Shown: positions 1-9,701 of the stretch, one piece after another
Layout: the number at the start of each line of letters is the position of its first letter
Numbering within the stretch: position 1 is the stretch's first letter
DNA from: Candidatus Firestoneibacteriota bacterium
Lineage (GTDB): Bacteria; Oederibacteriota; D2-FULL-39-29; JBDRBU01
Reading direction: 5' to 3'
Length of the DNA stretch: 43,318 nt
Assembly (NCBI GenBank): GCA_043822305.1
Contig: JBDRBU010000078.1
Location: 1-43,318 of the forward strand
The notes under the pieces: model-generated
What the model was told of the DNA's origin: nothing
The model's input: only the letters and a program-made list of their open reading frames with translations
Databases searched by the model: none
Program-made: the position numbers and the translations under genes

Positions 1-183
1 CATAATCCTTGTTAAGCATCTGTCATTTTCCTCCGTATAATATGTTTTTATTTATATTATACAGGATTTAACAGATACTTTCTATTTCAAAGATCCATCC
101 TATCCTATTACATCTCTACAATAGAACCTGAAGAACCCAAACCATTAGCCGTAGCCAGAGAAACAATCAATAATATCAGTAAA

Positions 184-275
184 CCCCGTTAGAGAATTTT
201 TTCTAACGTGATACCTGACGGTGGTATTAAACCACCGTCAAGGATTATTTTTTTACCACCGACTAAAATCGATGG
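184..275. repeat. Cluster of three short palindromes (MITE/REP-like)
   Basis: CGTTAGA..TCTAACG (187-208); perfect 10-bp stem TGACGGTGGT/ACCACCGTCA (216-240); imperfect CCACCGA..TCGATGG (256-275). Confidence 0.6.
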
Positions 276-341
276 CTTTTTCTCTAAAAAATTCTTTGTG
301 GGCAAACCTTCATTTTCAAATATTTGATAGTCATGGCTAAC

Positions 342-587
342 CTAAATCCAACTAATTACAAGTTTTGGACATCTCTTAATAATTTTAAAGAAAAATACGA
401 TATTATATGTTGGATATAACTCCGAAGTTACAATCTGATTTTCAACAATGAATTTTTCCCCCTTTATCCTGGTTGATATATTCAATTCCGCCTTAATATC
501 ATAAGACATTAAATTCATTTCATAAATTGCTATATATCCGCCTGATGTAACTTTTGACTCTATCGCTTTCAGATTAATATTCTCCAT
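342..587 (-). pseudogene. Hypothetical ORF, probably a remnant interrupted by the 624-766 element
   Basis: Frame stays open upstream of ATG 587 as far as the element edge; an orphan AGGAG SD and promoter lie beyond the element; no recognisable family. Confidence 0.3.
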
Positions 588-623
588 TCTTATTTTTTCT
601 TCAACATTATTTAAAATACTTTT

Positions 624-766
624 GTAATAGGTCAGTCACTGATGCTTAATAATTATTTTTAGATGTAGTCGCAATCTTTAGCTTGCGGGAATTATTGTTT
701 AAATTACATTTTTCGCAGGCTGAAGCCTGCAGCTACCAAACCATGCACCTTCCACTGACCCATTAC
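624..766. mobile_element. MITE-like element with 13-bp terminal inverted repeats enclosing an inverted GTAG-REP pair
   Basis: GTAATAGGTCAGT (624-636) vs ACTGACCCATTAC (754-766), 1 mismatch; internal REPs at 665-687 and 714-736. Confidence 0.6.
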
Positions 767-847
767 TAAAACACCTTAAATGTTGCATTTTATTTTGAAT
801 ATCTAACAATTTCGTTTTTGTCTCCTTTTTGTCTTGTTTCTGAAACT

Positions 848-876
848 ATAATATTATAAGTTTTCCATTCTGTCAA
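848..876 (-). promoter_or_regulatory. Sigma70-type promoter (leftward)
   Basis: TTGACA-17 bp-TATTAT on the minus strand. Confidence 0.5.
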
Positions 877-890
877 TATCTAAATTCATT

Positions 891-922
891 ACAACCCCCT
901 AACCCCCTTTATTAAGGGGGAA
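891..922. repeat. CCCCC/GGGGG palindromic repeat, copy 1
   Basis: ACAACCCCCTAACCCCCTTTATTAAGGGGGAA; near-identical copies at 11769, 12366, 24942, 25030. Confidence 0.85.
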
Positions 923-947
923 CCAAACATCAGAATTAAAAAAATGC

Positions 948-976
948 TTGACGAAATTATTATAAATTGCTATATT
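948..976 (+). promoter_or_regulatory. Sigma70-type promoter of the asd operon
   Basis: TTGACG-17 bp-TATATT with extended -10 TG. Confidence 0.6.
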
Positions 977-1020
977 AAATAAGAGTTAAACCTGTAAGGG
1001 GGTAGGGGGTAGATAAAAAA

Positions 1021-2031
1021 ATGAAATCTTATAATGTATCTATAGTTGGAGCAACTGGAGCCGTTGGAATAAAAATGAGAGAAATTCTTGAAGAGAGGAA
1101 TTTCCCTATAAAAAATTTAATACTTCTGGCATCTTCTCGTTCTGTTGGAAAAAAATTTAGTTTCAAAGGGGTTGAATTTACTGTTCAAGAGTTAACAAAA
1201 GATTCTTTTAAAGGAGTAGATATTGCATTATTTTCAGCAGGAGGAGGAATAAGTAAAGAATATTGCCCCATGGCCGCAAAATCCGGAGCAGTAGTTATTG
1301 ACAATAGCAGTGCCTGGAGGATGGATAAAGAAGTTCCTTTAGTTGTGCCCGAAGTAAATCCGAAGGCAATAAAAACGCATAAAGGAATAATTGCAAATCC
1401 AAATTGTTCTACAATACAAATGGTAGTAGTCTTAAATCCATTGCATAAAGCAGCAAAGATAAAAAGAATTGTTGTGGCAACATATCAAGCAGTTTCCGGT
1501 AAAGGTTTAAAAGCAATTGATGAATTAGAAAAGCAAATTAAAGCAATAAGTAAGGGTGAAAAACCGATTGTTCAAGTATTTCCGCATCAAATTGCTTATA
1601 ATGTTTTGCCACATATTGATGACTTTTTACCAAACGGATATACTAAAGAAGAAATGAAAATGGTAAATGAAACCAGAAAAATAATGGGAGATGACAGTAT
1701 TAGAATTACGGCAACTACGGTTAGAGTCCCAGTATTTAACTGTCATAGTGAAGCCGTAAATATAGAAACTGAAAGGAAATTATCTCCAAATGAAGCAAGA
1801 GAGATTTTAAAAAAAGCACCTGGCGTTATTGTTGTTGATGACCCTTCACAAAATAAATATCCATTAGCCATAGATGCAAGTGGAAGAGATGAATCCTATG
1901 TGGGAAGAATCCGTGAAGATGAATCAATTTCAAATGGATTAAACTTGTGGATTGTAGGAGATAATATTAGAAAAGGAGCAGCAACTAACGCCGTCCAAAT
2001 AGCAGAATATATCATAAATGAGAAACATTAA
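1021..2031 (+). CDS. asd: Aspartate-semialdehyde dehydrogenase
   Basis: GATGAVG, DNSSAWRM, IIANPNCST, DNIRKGAATNA motifs. Confidence 0.97.
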   Translation: MKSYNVSIVGATGAVGIKMREILEERNFPIKNLILLASSRSVGKKFSFKGVEFTVQELTKDSFKGVDIALFSAGGGISKEYCPMAAKSGAVVIDNSSAWRMDKEVPLVVPEVNPKAIKTHKGIIANPNCSTIQMVVVLNPLHKAAKIKRIVVATYQAVSGKGLKAIDELEKQIKAISKGEKPIVQVFPHQIAYNVLPHIDDFLPNGYTKEEMKMVNETRKIMGDDSIRITATTVRVPVFNCHSEAVNIETERKLSPNEAREILKKAPGVIVVDDPSQNKYPLAIDASGRDESYVGRIREDESISNGLNLWIVGDNIRKGAATNAVQIAEYIINEKH

Positions 2032-2749
2032 ACTTGTTATTGAATATGATGGTACAGATTATTCCGGTTGGCAAAGAATTCCTGGTAAAAAAACAATTCA
2101 AGGCACTATAGAAGCTGCGTTATCCAAGATATTAAATGAAGATATAAAGATAACAGGTGCTAGCAGAACTGATGCTGGTGTTCATGCTTTAGGTCAGGTT
2201 GCTAATTTTAAAACAGACAATCTCCTCCGTGATTTATTCTCTTTAAGGAAATCTTTAAATAGTGTCCTTCCTCCCGATATAGTTATAAAAAAAATTTCTA
2301 AAGTGGATTTGAAATTTCACGCAAGATATTCTGCAAAATTAAAACATTATAGATATGAGATTTTAAACAGTAAAATACCCTCAGTAATTAGCCGAAGATT
2401 TTCTTTATTTTTTTCACAGGAGTTAAATCTATCATCAATGAGAAAAACGGTGAAGTTTTTGAAAGGTAAGCATAGTTTTGAAAAATTTTGTGTAAAAGAC
2501 GATAAAGTTAATTTTAAAATAACATTAAAAGAGGTTAAAATAAGACAATTGAAAGATTTTATTTATATTGATTTTTATTCCAAATCTTTTTTAAGAAAAA
2601 TGGTCCGGATGTTGATTGGTTTTCTTTTAAATGTAGGTATTGAAAAATATAAACCAAATAATGTGAAATTAATTTTCAAAGGGAAATTTAAGTTTTCCCC
2701 TGTGGTTGCACCAGCCCGTGGGCTGTTTTTAATGGAAATAAAATATTAA
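2018..2749 (+). CDS. truA: tRNA pseudouridine(38-40) synthase
   Basis: YDGTDYSGWQ, SRTDAGVHA catalytic motif, FLRKMVR. Confidence 0.95.
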   Translation: MRNIKLVIEYDGTDYSGWQRIPGKKTIQGTIEAALSKILNEDIKITGASRTDAGVHALGQVANFKTDNLLRDLFSLRKSLNSVLPPDIVIKKISKVDLKFHARYSAKLKHYRYEILNSKIPSVISRRFSLFFSQELNLSSMRKTVKFLKGKHSFEKFCVKDDKVNFKITLKEVKIRQLKDFIYIDFYSKSFLRKMVRMLIGFLLNVGIEKYKPNNVKLIFKGKFKFSPVVAPARGLFLMEIKY

Positions 2750-2758
2750 TTATACTAT

Positions 2759-3766
2759 ATGAAAACTAAAATAATTTTTTTGTTAATTATATTAACCCCT
2801 TTTATTGGTTTTTCAGATAAAAACGATAATGTTTTAGAAAAGGCAGGAGAAATTCCAGATGGCATAGTGAAACAGGAAGAAGATGGTTGTATCATTGAGT
2901 GGGCTTACAAAAATGGACATAAAAAAGGAATCAGTAAAAGATATAATAGTAATGGAAAATTGATCATGGAAGGCGAATATGTGGGAGGGAAACTAAATGG
3001 ACTTACAAAAATATATTATGATGATGGTGAGTTAAAAAAAGAGTTGAATTATAAAGACAATAAACCTGAAGGCGTAAGTAAAGGTTATTTTCGTAATGGA
3101 AAACTTGAAGTTCAGGCAGAATACAAATATGGCTACCTTCATGGTCTGGCAATTATATATTTGGAGAATGGAGAAATTAAATCTGAACAGACTTACAAGA
3201 GGAATGAATTAAATGGGATGACTAAAGAGTATAAGAATGGAAAATTATGGAAGGAATGTAATTACAAAAGCAACAAACTTAATGGTTTAACTAAAGAGTA
3301 CAATACAGATGACGGAAGACTTGTTTGTGAGTGGTCATATAAAAACGATAAATTAGATGGGGTAAGTAAAACATATGGCGAGGATGGGAAATTAAAAGAA
3401 GATATAAATTATTTTAATAATAAAAAAAATGGTTACACGAAGGAGTATGAAAAAGATGGGAGAGTAAAAGCACATTGGAATTATATGGATGGCGTGCGTG
3501 AAGGTAAGAGTATGGAATATTATGATACAGGTGAAGTTGAATATGAATATTGCTATGAGCATGATAAAAAATCAGGCATTAGTCAAGAATATGGAAAAGA
3601 TGGAGTGTTGTTATCTGAGTGGAATTATCTGGACGATAAATTAAACGGATTAAGCAGGCATTACTACAAAGGTGGCAAGGTAAAACATGAGTATCTTTAT
3701 GAAAATGGTGTTTTAAAAGAGAAAAGAAAATATAATTTACAAGGGCAGGCTGTAAAAGAAGATTAA
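2759..3766 (+). CDS. Secreted MORN-variant repeat protein (YwqK-like)
   Basis: Signal peptide followed by many ~24-aa repeats of the type YKNGKLNGxxKxYyxNG. Confidence 0.85.
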   Translation: MKTKIIFLLIILTPFIGFSDKNDNVLEKAGEIPDGIVKQEEDGCIIEWAYKNGHKKGISKRYNSNGKLIMEGEYVGGKLNGLTKIYYDDGELKKELNYKDNKPEGVSKGYFRNGKLEVQAEYKYGYLHGLAIIYLENGEIKSEQTYKRNELNGMTKEYKNGKLWKECNYKSNKLNGLTKEYNTDDGRLVCEWSYKNDKLDGVSKTYGEDGKLKEDINYFNNKKNGYTKEYEKDGRVKAHWNYMDGVREGKSMEYYDTGEVEYEYCYEHDKKSGISQEYGKDGVLLSEWNYLDDKLNGLSRHYYKGGKVKHEYLYENGVLKEKRKYNLQGQAVKED

Positions 3767-3783
3767 AGGGAGGGTAAAAAACA

Positions 3784-4515
3784 ATGAAAGAATTAATGCC
3801 AGAAGAAATCTTAAGATATGAAAGGCAGTTGCTTGTCTGGGATAAAAAAATACAGGGAAAACTTAAAAATTCTAATATTTTTATAGCAGGTGCTGGTGGG
3901 TTAGGCTCTTCTGCATCGATTTATCTGGCAGGTGCTGGTGTAGGTAAGATAAGCATCTGTGATTTTGATAAAGTAGAAATTACAAATCTAAATAGACAGA
4001 TTTTACATAATGATTTAAGGATTGGAAAAAATAAAGCAGAATCTGCTAAAAAAACATTAGAAAGAACAAATAAGAATGTTGAAGTTATTGCTTTATCAGA
4101 GAAAATAGATGAAAATAATGTTTCTGATTTAATAGGAGAGGTAAATGTTATAGTAGACTGTCTTGATAACTTTGAAACAAGATTTGTTCTTAATAAATAT
4201 GCTGTAAAAAAGAAAATACCGTTGGTTTTTGGTGCAGTTCAAGGATTTGAAGGGCAAATTAGTTTTATTAAACATCCCGAGACTTTTTGTCTTGCTTGTT
4301 TGTTTGAAGAAATTCCGCCAAAGGAAATTTTCCCTGCCGTAGGAGTTACTCCGGGTGTCATAGGCACATTACAAGCCTTAGAGGTTTTGAAATATTTAAC
4401 AAAAATAGGTGAAAATTTAAATAACGAACTTCTAATATGGGATGGTTTAACTAATGACTTTCGAAAGGTAACTATTAAAAAAGACCCAGCCTGTGAAATT
4501 TGTGGAAAGTTGTAA
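3784..4515 (+). CDS. HesA/MoeB/ThiF family adenylyltransferase
   Basis: RYERQ, GAGGLG, NLNRQ, DCLDN, two CxxC zinc pairs. Confidence 0.9.
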   Translation: MKELMPEEILRYERQLLVWDKKIQGKLKNSNIFIAGAGGLGSSASIYLAGAGVGKISICDFDKVEITNLNRQILHNDLRIGKNKAESAKKTLERTNKNVEVIALSEKIDENNVSDLIGEVNVIVDCLDNFETRFVLNKYAVKKKIPLVFGAVQGFEGQISFIKHPETFCLACLFEEIPPKEIFPAVGVTPGVIGTLQALEVLKYLTKIGENLNNELLIWDGLTNDFRKVTIKKDPACEICGKL

Positions 4516-4518
4516 AAT

Positions 4519-6909
4519 ATGTTAGATATAGATAAAAAGATATTAGACATAAATAAAAATATAGTTGTGGCTGCTCCTGCTGGTTCTGGTAAGACTGAAA
4601 AATTGGCCAGAAGATATATTGCTTTACTTCTATCGGGGGTAAGTCCAGAGAGAATCTTAGCCATAACATTTACCGAGAAAGCTGCGGCTGAGATGAAAGA
4701 AAGAATATTGAAAATTTTAAGAGAGGAAAAACAGGATTTATACAGGATAATCAAAGAAAAGATTTTTTTAATGAGGATTTATACGATACATAGTTTCTGC
4801 CTTACGCTTTTAAAAAGATTTGCGTTTGAAAAGGGGTTAGACCCTAACTTTGAAATAATTGAACCAGAAGAAATGGGAGTAATTGATGAAATAATTGATT
4901 CATTCCTTGTGAAATTAATAGACGAAAAAAATAACAAACTAAAAGATTTTGTGTTAGAACTTAGTACTAAATATGGATGGAACAAACTAAAAGATTTTAT
5001 TAAAAGACTCTTTGATTTAAGGCCATCTTCATTGAAAGGGAATTTATACAGATTAGATACTTCAAATTTTTTGAGTTTGAAAGAAGAAGCCATTTCTTCA
5101 GTAAAACAAATAAATGACCTTTATGAAGTATTTAAAGAATCTTTTCAAGGAAGAGATTTTGATAAAATATTTACATGCCTAAATTCATTAACTGAGTATT
5201 TTCTTACTCAGGATGGAAAACCCAGATCGATAATTCCCAGAGAACTAAAGATTGCCTGTGATAAAGCCACTTTTAAGAATTTTACAGATAAAATGAATAA
5301 ATTTTTTAATGGAGTAAAAAAAATAATTTATAATCTTGAGATTGAAAAATTATATGAAATATTTAAATTTTGCAATGAAGAATACACCTTAAAGAAAAAA
5401 GAATTAAACCTTCTTGATTTTAATGATTTAGAGCTTCTAACTTATGAATTGCTTAATGAGAGCAGTGAAGTAGATAATATACTATTTGCTTTTGATGAAT
5501 ATACAGACCATATACTTGTTGATGAATTTCAGGATACTAATTTTTTACAGTGGACTATTATAAAAAAACTTACTGAAGAATGGAGAGCAGGGCTTGGGAG
5601 TAAAAGAGAAGAAGGTACTAATCCAACACTATTTATAGTTGGGGACAAGAAACAGTCTATATACGGTTTTAGAAATGCAAATGTTGAAGTATTTGATACA
5701 GCCATTAGAGAAATGCAAGGATGGTATGGTAAGATGTTTGCTCAAATAGGTGTTAAGGAGAATTATAGATGCGGGAGGGAAATAGTAAATTATGTTAATG
5801 ATATTTTCTCAAAAATTATGACAAGGGAAGAAAACGACCCTTACTGGAAGACTGGATATGAAAGATTTAATTCTAGACGAAAGCCAGAAGGTAAAGTTAT
5901 CCTTCTAATAATAGAAGAGAAAGAAGCGTCTAAAAAAGAAGAGGCAGAAAGAGTGGCTAAAACAATAAAAGAGATAATAAAAAATGAAAAAAAATATGTT
6001 AAACATAATGACGAGGAAATAGAAGAGAAAATAAAATACAAAGATATTGCTCTCCTTTTAAGAACAAGAACGCACTTAAATGAATATGAAACAGCCTTAA
6101 GAAAAGAAGGGATACCTATTGTTGTTGTTCGTGGATTAGGATTTCATCAGGAGCCAGAAATTACCATATTAAGGGCTCTTATTTTCTTTTTGATAGAATC
6201 TTCTGATGATTATAGTTTGTATTTACTTTTGAAAAGTCCACTTTTAAATATCTCTGAAGATGAAATTTTAGAGATGGCTCAAAAGCAGGGGTTAACACTT
6301 TATGAAAAAATAAAAGATGATGAAAATTTGAGGATATTAAATGAAACATTAAAAAAAGTAAACAAATCTCCGTTAAACCATTTAATAGAGGAATTTCTCA
6401 TTAAAACAAAAGGTTGGGAAGTATTTTATGAACTTCAAAGGACGGCTAATATTAAAAAATTCATTCAAATAGTTCAGGAGTTTGAGTCGCAAGGCAAATC
6501 GTTACAAAGCATAAAGGCATATTTTGAAGAAAAAATGAATGCATTAGAAGAGCCAAAGGCGAATTTAAATACAGAGGAGATGGATGCTGTAAAAATCATG
6601 ACAATCCATACAGCTAAGGGGTTAGAGTTTCCTGTTGTCTTTGTTGTCGGGATGGAAAAAAAGATTGAAGAAAATAAAGATGAAATTAGGGTAAAAGTAA
6701 ATGAGGATAATATAAACATTTTATACTGCCCTGATTACAATATAAGAAGAGAAGAAGAAGATTTTCGAGAGTTAATAAATAAAGAAGAAGAGGAAGAAAA
6801 AAGAATATTTTATGTTGCTTTAACTAGAGCCAGGGATATATTAGTTCTTTCAGGTGTAAAATCATCCGAGTCAAAAGGTTTCTGGAAGTATGTTGTCGAT
6901 GACCGGTGA
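4519..6909 (+). CDS. UvrD/AddA-like SF1 helicase, apparently lacking the C-terminal nuclease domain
   Basis: APAGSGKT, DEFQD, VGDKKQSIYGFR, TIHTAKGLEF, YVALTRAR; ends ~25 aa after motif VI. Confidence 0.85.
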   Translation: MLDIDKKILDINKNIVVAAPAGSGKTEKLARRYIALLLSGVSPERILAITFTEKAAAEMKERILKILREEKQDLYRIIKEKIFLMRIYTIHSFCLTLLKRFAFEKGLDPNFEIIEPEEMGVIDEIIDSFLVKLIDEKNNKLKDFVLELSTKYGWNKLKDFIKRLFDLRPSSLKGNLYRLDTSNFLSLKEEAISSVKQINDLYEVFKESFQGRDFDKIFTCLNSLTEYFLTQDGKPRSIIPRELKIACDKATFKNFTDKMNKFFNGVKKIIYNLEIEKLYEIFKFCNEEYTLKKKELNLLDFNDLELLTYELLNESSEVDNILFAFDEYTDHILVDEFQDTNFLQWTIIKKLTEEWRAGLGSKREEGTNPTLFIVGDKKQSIYGFRNANVEVFDTAIREMQGWYGKMFAQIGVKENYRCGREIVNYVNDIFSKIMTREENDPYWKTGYERFNSRRKPEGKVILLIIEEKEASKKEEAERVAKTIKEIIKNEKKYVKHNDEEIEEKIKYKDIALLLRTRTHLNEYETALRKEGIPIVVVRGLGFHQEPEITILRALIFFLIESSDDYSLYLLLKSPLLNISEDEILEMAQKQGLTLYEKIKDDENLRILNETLKKVNKSPLNHLIEEFLIKTKGWEVFYELQRTANIKKFIQIVQEFESQGKSLQSIKAYFEEKMNALEEPKANLNTEEMDAVKIMTIHTAKGLEFPVVFVVGMEKKIEENKDEIRVKVNEDNINILYCPDYNIRREEEDFRELINKEEEEEKRIFYVALTRARDILVLSGVKSSESKGFWKYVVDDR

Positions 6910-6961
6910 TTTATAAATATTTACTAAAAACCATAGTTCTATTCAATTTTATATCATCTTA

Positions 6962-6982
6962 ACGGCTTTCACTGACAATTTA
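6962..6982 (-). repeat. 21-bp dispersed motif TAAATWGTCAGTGAAAGCCGT, copy 1
   Basis: 20/21 identical to 24895-24915; degenerate copy at 20152-20172. Confidence 0.65.
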
Positions 6983-7028
6983 CCATATGTTTTAATCTCC
7001 GGAATTAGTTTAAAATAAAATATTTTTT

Positions 7029-7298
7029 TCACCGATATACTTCTCTTCGATGTTTTACTCTATAGATATAAATCAACTTGTTAAAATCGTCAATTCTATA
7101 ACAACATCTGTAGTCACTGACTCGAATCCGATATCCACCTTCCTTATCCATCAACTTTATACATCCGTGTGGTCGTGGATTATCTGCTAAACTTTGCATA
7201 GATTTTTTTAACCGTAAAAGGATTTCTTTAGTAACAATATTATCCAGATCTCTTTGTGCTGCTAGAATGATCAAAACTTTATATATTTCTTTTTTCAA
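7029..7298 (-). CDS. RelE/ParE family toxin
   Basis: 89 aa, NPRPHGCIKL..YRIRVSDYR..YRIDD..HRREVYR. Confidence 0.92.
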   Translation of the reverse strand: MKKEIYKVLIILAAQRDLDNIVTKEILLRLKKSMQSLADNPRPHGCIKLMDKEGGYRIRVSDYRCCYRIDDFNKLIYIYRVKHRREVYR

Positions 7299-7509
7299 AG
7301 TATTTCTCCAATGGTATTGCTAAACCTTCTTCATATCGTAATTGTGAAATATCTTTAGAATCTTCAAACAGTTCTTCTCTCTCTATTTTCTCAGTAATTG
7401 CACTGTCAATAAAAAAACCAATTTTTGTCCCATGTTCTTTACAAAACCCTCTGACTTTTTTAATGGTGGGTTCAGGTATCTTTAGTGCAAAGGATACAAT
7501 CTTATGCAT
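7279..7509 (-). CDS. Putative antitoxin (RHH-like N-terminus, acidic C-terminus)
   Basis: Overlaps the toxin start; AGGAGG SD favours ATG 7509 over the listed start at 7524. Confidence 0.75.
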   Translation of the reverse strand: MHKIVSFALKIPEPTIKKVRGFCKEHGTKIGFFIDSAITEKIEREELFEDSKDISQLRYEEGLAIPLEKYFEKRNI

Positions 7510-7540
7510 TTTTACCTCCTTCAAGAAATAAGTTTACTTT

Positions 7541-7569
7541 ATTATATCTTAATTTTTAAACTTTGTCAA
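7541..7569 (-). promoter_or_regulatory. Consensus sigma70 promoter of the TA operon
   Basis: Perfect TTGACA-17 bp-TATAAT on the minus strand. Confidence 0.8.
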
Positions 7570-7612
7570 GAGAAAAAAGGTCAAATATTTTTATTTATTA
7601 TTGCTTTCATTT

Positions 7613-8254
7613 TTATTTGCAGGTATCTTTAAATGCTAATTTTCCAAATGCTTTTAAACGATGATAATCGGGGGTTTTGGTTCCGGATGGTTTCCATAAA
7701 CTGTATTCATCTTTTTTTATACAATGAACAATATTATAATCAACTCTAAATAATCCTATGTTCCAAATAGTTTCATTTTTAGGATATTTTTTTATCGCAG
7801 AAAATGGAATTGCAAATTCTGCTGAGAAAAATTTGCCCTTTTTGATAAAAGTTGCTGTTTTTATCCCTTTTGCAATCCACTTATAATTAAATTTTCTATA
7901 TACTTTTGCTTTATAATCCAGTAAATCACCTAAAGCATTTAGTTCAAAGCCAAAGTATGATTTATCGTTTAGCGTTGGGGCTAAAAATATCTCTACAACA
8001 TCATCGAGCCAGACATTTCCTTTTCTTCCTCTTTTAATGGCCTGAATATCTTTATCATAGGCTAAATAACCCAGATATAAATATTTATCATCCCAGGTTA
8101 ATTTTGCTACAGTTTTTTGTTTTAAATCTACTTTTTTAGCCCAGGGAAATTGGAAAGGTCCTACAGGTTTAAGTTTCCCCCAAATCTTTTCATTTAACTT
8201 TCCATCTATTTTTATTTTATCTTTGGTTTTAATGCAGTTATAAGTATATTTCAT
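7613..8254 (-). CDS. Carbohydrate-binding family 9-like (DOMON-like) protein
   Basis: IKIDGKLNExxW, WDDKYLY, DxVEIFL, ExAIPF pattern. Confidence 0.75.
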   Translation of the reverse strand: MKYTYNCIKTKDKIKIDGKLNEKIWGKLKPVGPFQFPWAKKVDLKQKTVAKLTWDDKYLYLGYLAYDKDIQAIKRGRKGNVWLDDVVEIFLAPTLNDKSYFGFELNALGDLLDYKAKVYRKFNYKWIAKGIKTATFIKKGKFFSAEFAIPFSAIKKYPKNETIWNIGLFRVDYNIVHCIKKDEYSLWKPSGTKTPDYHRLKAFGKLAFKDTCK

Positions 8255-8274
8255 CGTGCCATATTAGAACTTTG

Positions 8275-8607
8275 TTATTTCTTTGTTTTCTTGCTGGATT
8301 TATTTTTTTTAAATCCTGATATAATTAAAGAAATTAAACTCGCTATAAGTGTTAAAAAAGTATTAAAAGGATTCTTAAATACACTTACAGCATCTTTAAT
8401 ATTAGATACGGCACCTTCAACCATGGTTATAACATTTCCTGCTTTTTCAACATTTATTTTTGCCTGACTAACTAAATCATTTATATTATTACTGAGTTGC
8501 TCAATACTCAGTAAGGATTTCTTTAATTGGACTAAAACAGGAACAAGATAAACCATTAAAATTACTGTACTAATTGCAATTACTGCTAATAAAATATCTA
8601 ATGTCAT
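8275..8607 (-). CDS. DUF948-like membrane-anchored coiled-coil protein
   Basis: N-terminal TM helix, helical body, basic tail. Confidence 0.55.
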   Translation of the reverse strand: MTLDILLAVIAISTVILMVYLVPVLVQLKKSLLSIEQLSNNINDLVSQAKINVEKAGNVITMVEGAVSNIKDAVSVFKNPFNTFLTLIASLISLIISGFKKNKSSKKTKK

Positions 8608-8636
8608 TTTAACTCACCTCGCTTTTATTTTGGATT

Positions 8637-9701
8637 TTATGTTTCCCAACTCCCATATTTAATAATTCCACGGTATAATGTTTCAAATGTAACTTTCAGG
8701 GTACAAAATATTGGTACAGCAAGTAACATTCCCCAAAATCCTATTAAGGCACCACCTATGGCTACAGAAAGTATTACGGCCAGTGGATGCAAATTTACTG
8801 ATTTACCAACAACAAGGGGTGAAACAAGGGCATTGTCTATAAGTTGGACAATAATCAAGACAACAACCACCTGAATTGCCATAACTAGGCTCTGATGTTC
8901 TATAACGGCTATGAATATTCCGGGTATCATTCCCATTACAGGCCCGAGGTAAGGGACAATATTAGTAATTCCTGATATGGTACCTACAATAATTGCATAT
9001 TTTAATCCTATTAAATATAATCCAATAACGGAAAGTATTCCAACAATAATGCAATCTGTAAGTTGTCCTCTTATATAATTTCCGATTTGTTTGTTGATTT
9101 CGTAAAGTAAACAAAGAAAGGTTTCAAAATACTTATTTGGAATAATTTTAATAATATTTTTTCTAAAGGCTCTGCCATCTTTTAATAAAAAGAAAGTAGT
9201 AAATAAAATTATAAGAATACCTGTAATTATTCTAAAAGATTGCATGATTAAAGAAGGAATAGATTTTTCAATTATCTGAGGTACCTCGCTGGATTTTTCA
9301 TTAATTATTTTTTTTAAACTACCTTTTGGTAAAAATGTTAGATTTTGTTCTAGTGAAGTCGCGCTTTTTTCTAAACTTAATTTTATATTGTTGAAATACG
9401 AAGGGACTTTGCCTTTTAAAGTATTAACTTCATCAAATATTGAATCGTAAGAAAAAAGCAATACAACAAAAAATATTAAAAAAATACTAATAAATATGAT
9501 TGAAACAGCAATACTTCTTTTTATTCCTTTACCTTCTAGTTTGTCAGTTAGAGGATTTAATATATAAACTAAGATAAAGGCTATTAAAAAAGGTGTTAAT
9601 AAATCTTGGGCCAGGTAAAATATAAACAAAGCTAAAAGAATACCGGCACAGACAATTATTAGTTTAATCCAATTTAAAACTTTAAGATTTTGAATCATCA
9701 T
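8637..9701 (-). CDS. AI-2E (UPF0118) family transporter
   Basis: PFLIAFILVYILNP, YIRGQ, VPYLGP, LHPL, GMLLAVP motifs. Confidence 0.92.
   Translation of the reverse strand: MMIQNLKVLNWIKLIIVCAGILLALFIFYLAQDLLTPFLIAFILVYILNPLTDKLEGKGIKRSIAVSIIFISIFLIFFVVLLFSYDSIFDEVNTLKGKVPSYFNNIKLSLEKSATSLEQNLTFLPKGSLKKIINEKSSEVPQIIEKSIPSLIMQSFRIITGILIILFTTFFLLKDGRAFRKNIIKIIPNKYFETFLCLLYEINKQIGNYIRGQLTDCIIVGILSVIGLYLIGLKYAIIVGTISGITNIVPYLGPVMGMIPGIFIAVIEHQSLVMAIQVVVVLIIVQLIDNALVSPLVVGKSVNLHPLAVILSVAIGGALIGFWGMLLAVPIFCTLKVTFETLYRGIIKYGSWET

Noticed and set aside
1..34. Start of a minus-strand gene (GGAGG SD, ATG at 26 or 19)
   Set aside because: ATG 26 gives only 4 codons and ATG 19 runs off the window edge, so the product cannot be supported
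2759..3766. MORN-repeat protein as the antitoxin of a TA system
   Set aside because: It has a signal peptide and no adjacent toxin; the YwqK label reflects only the repeat fold
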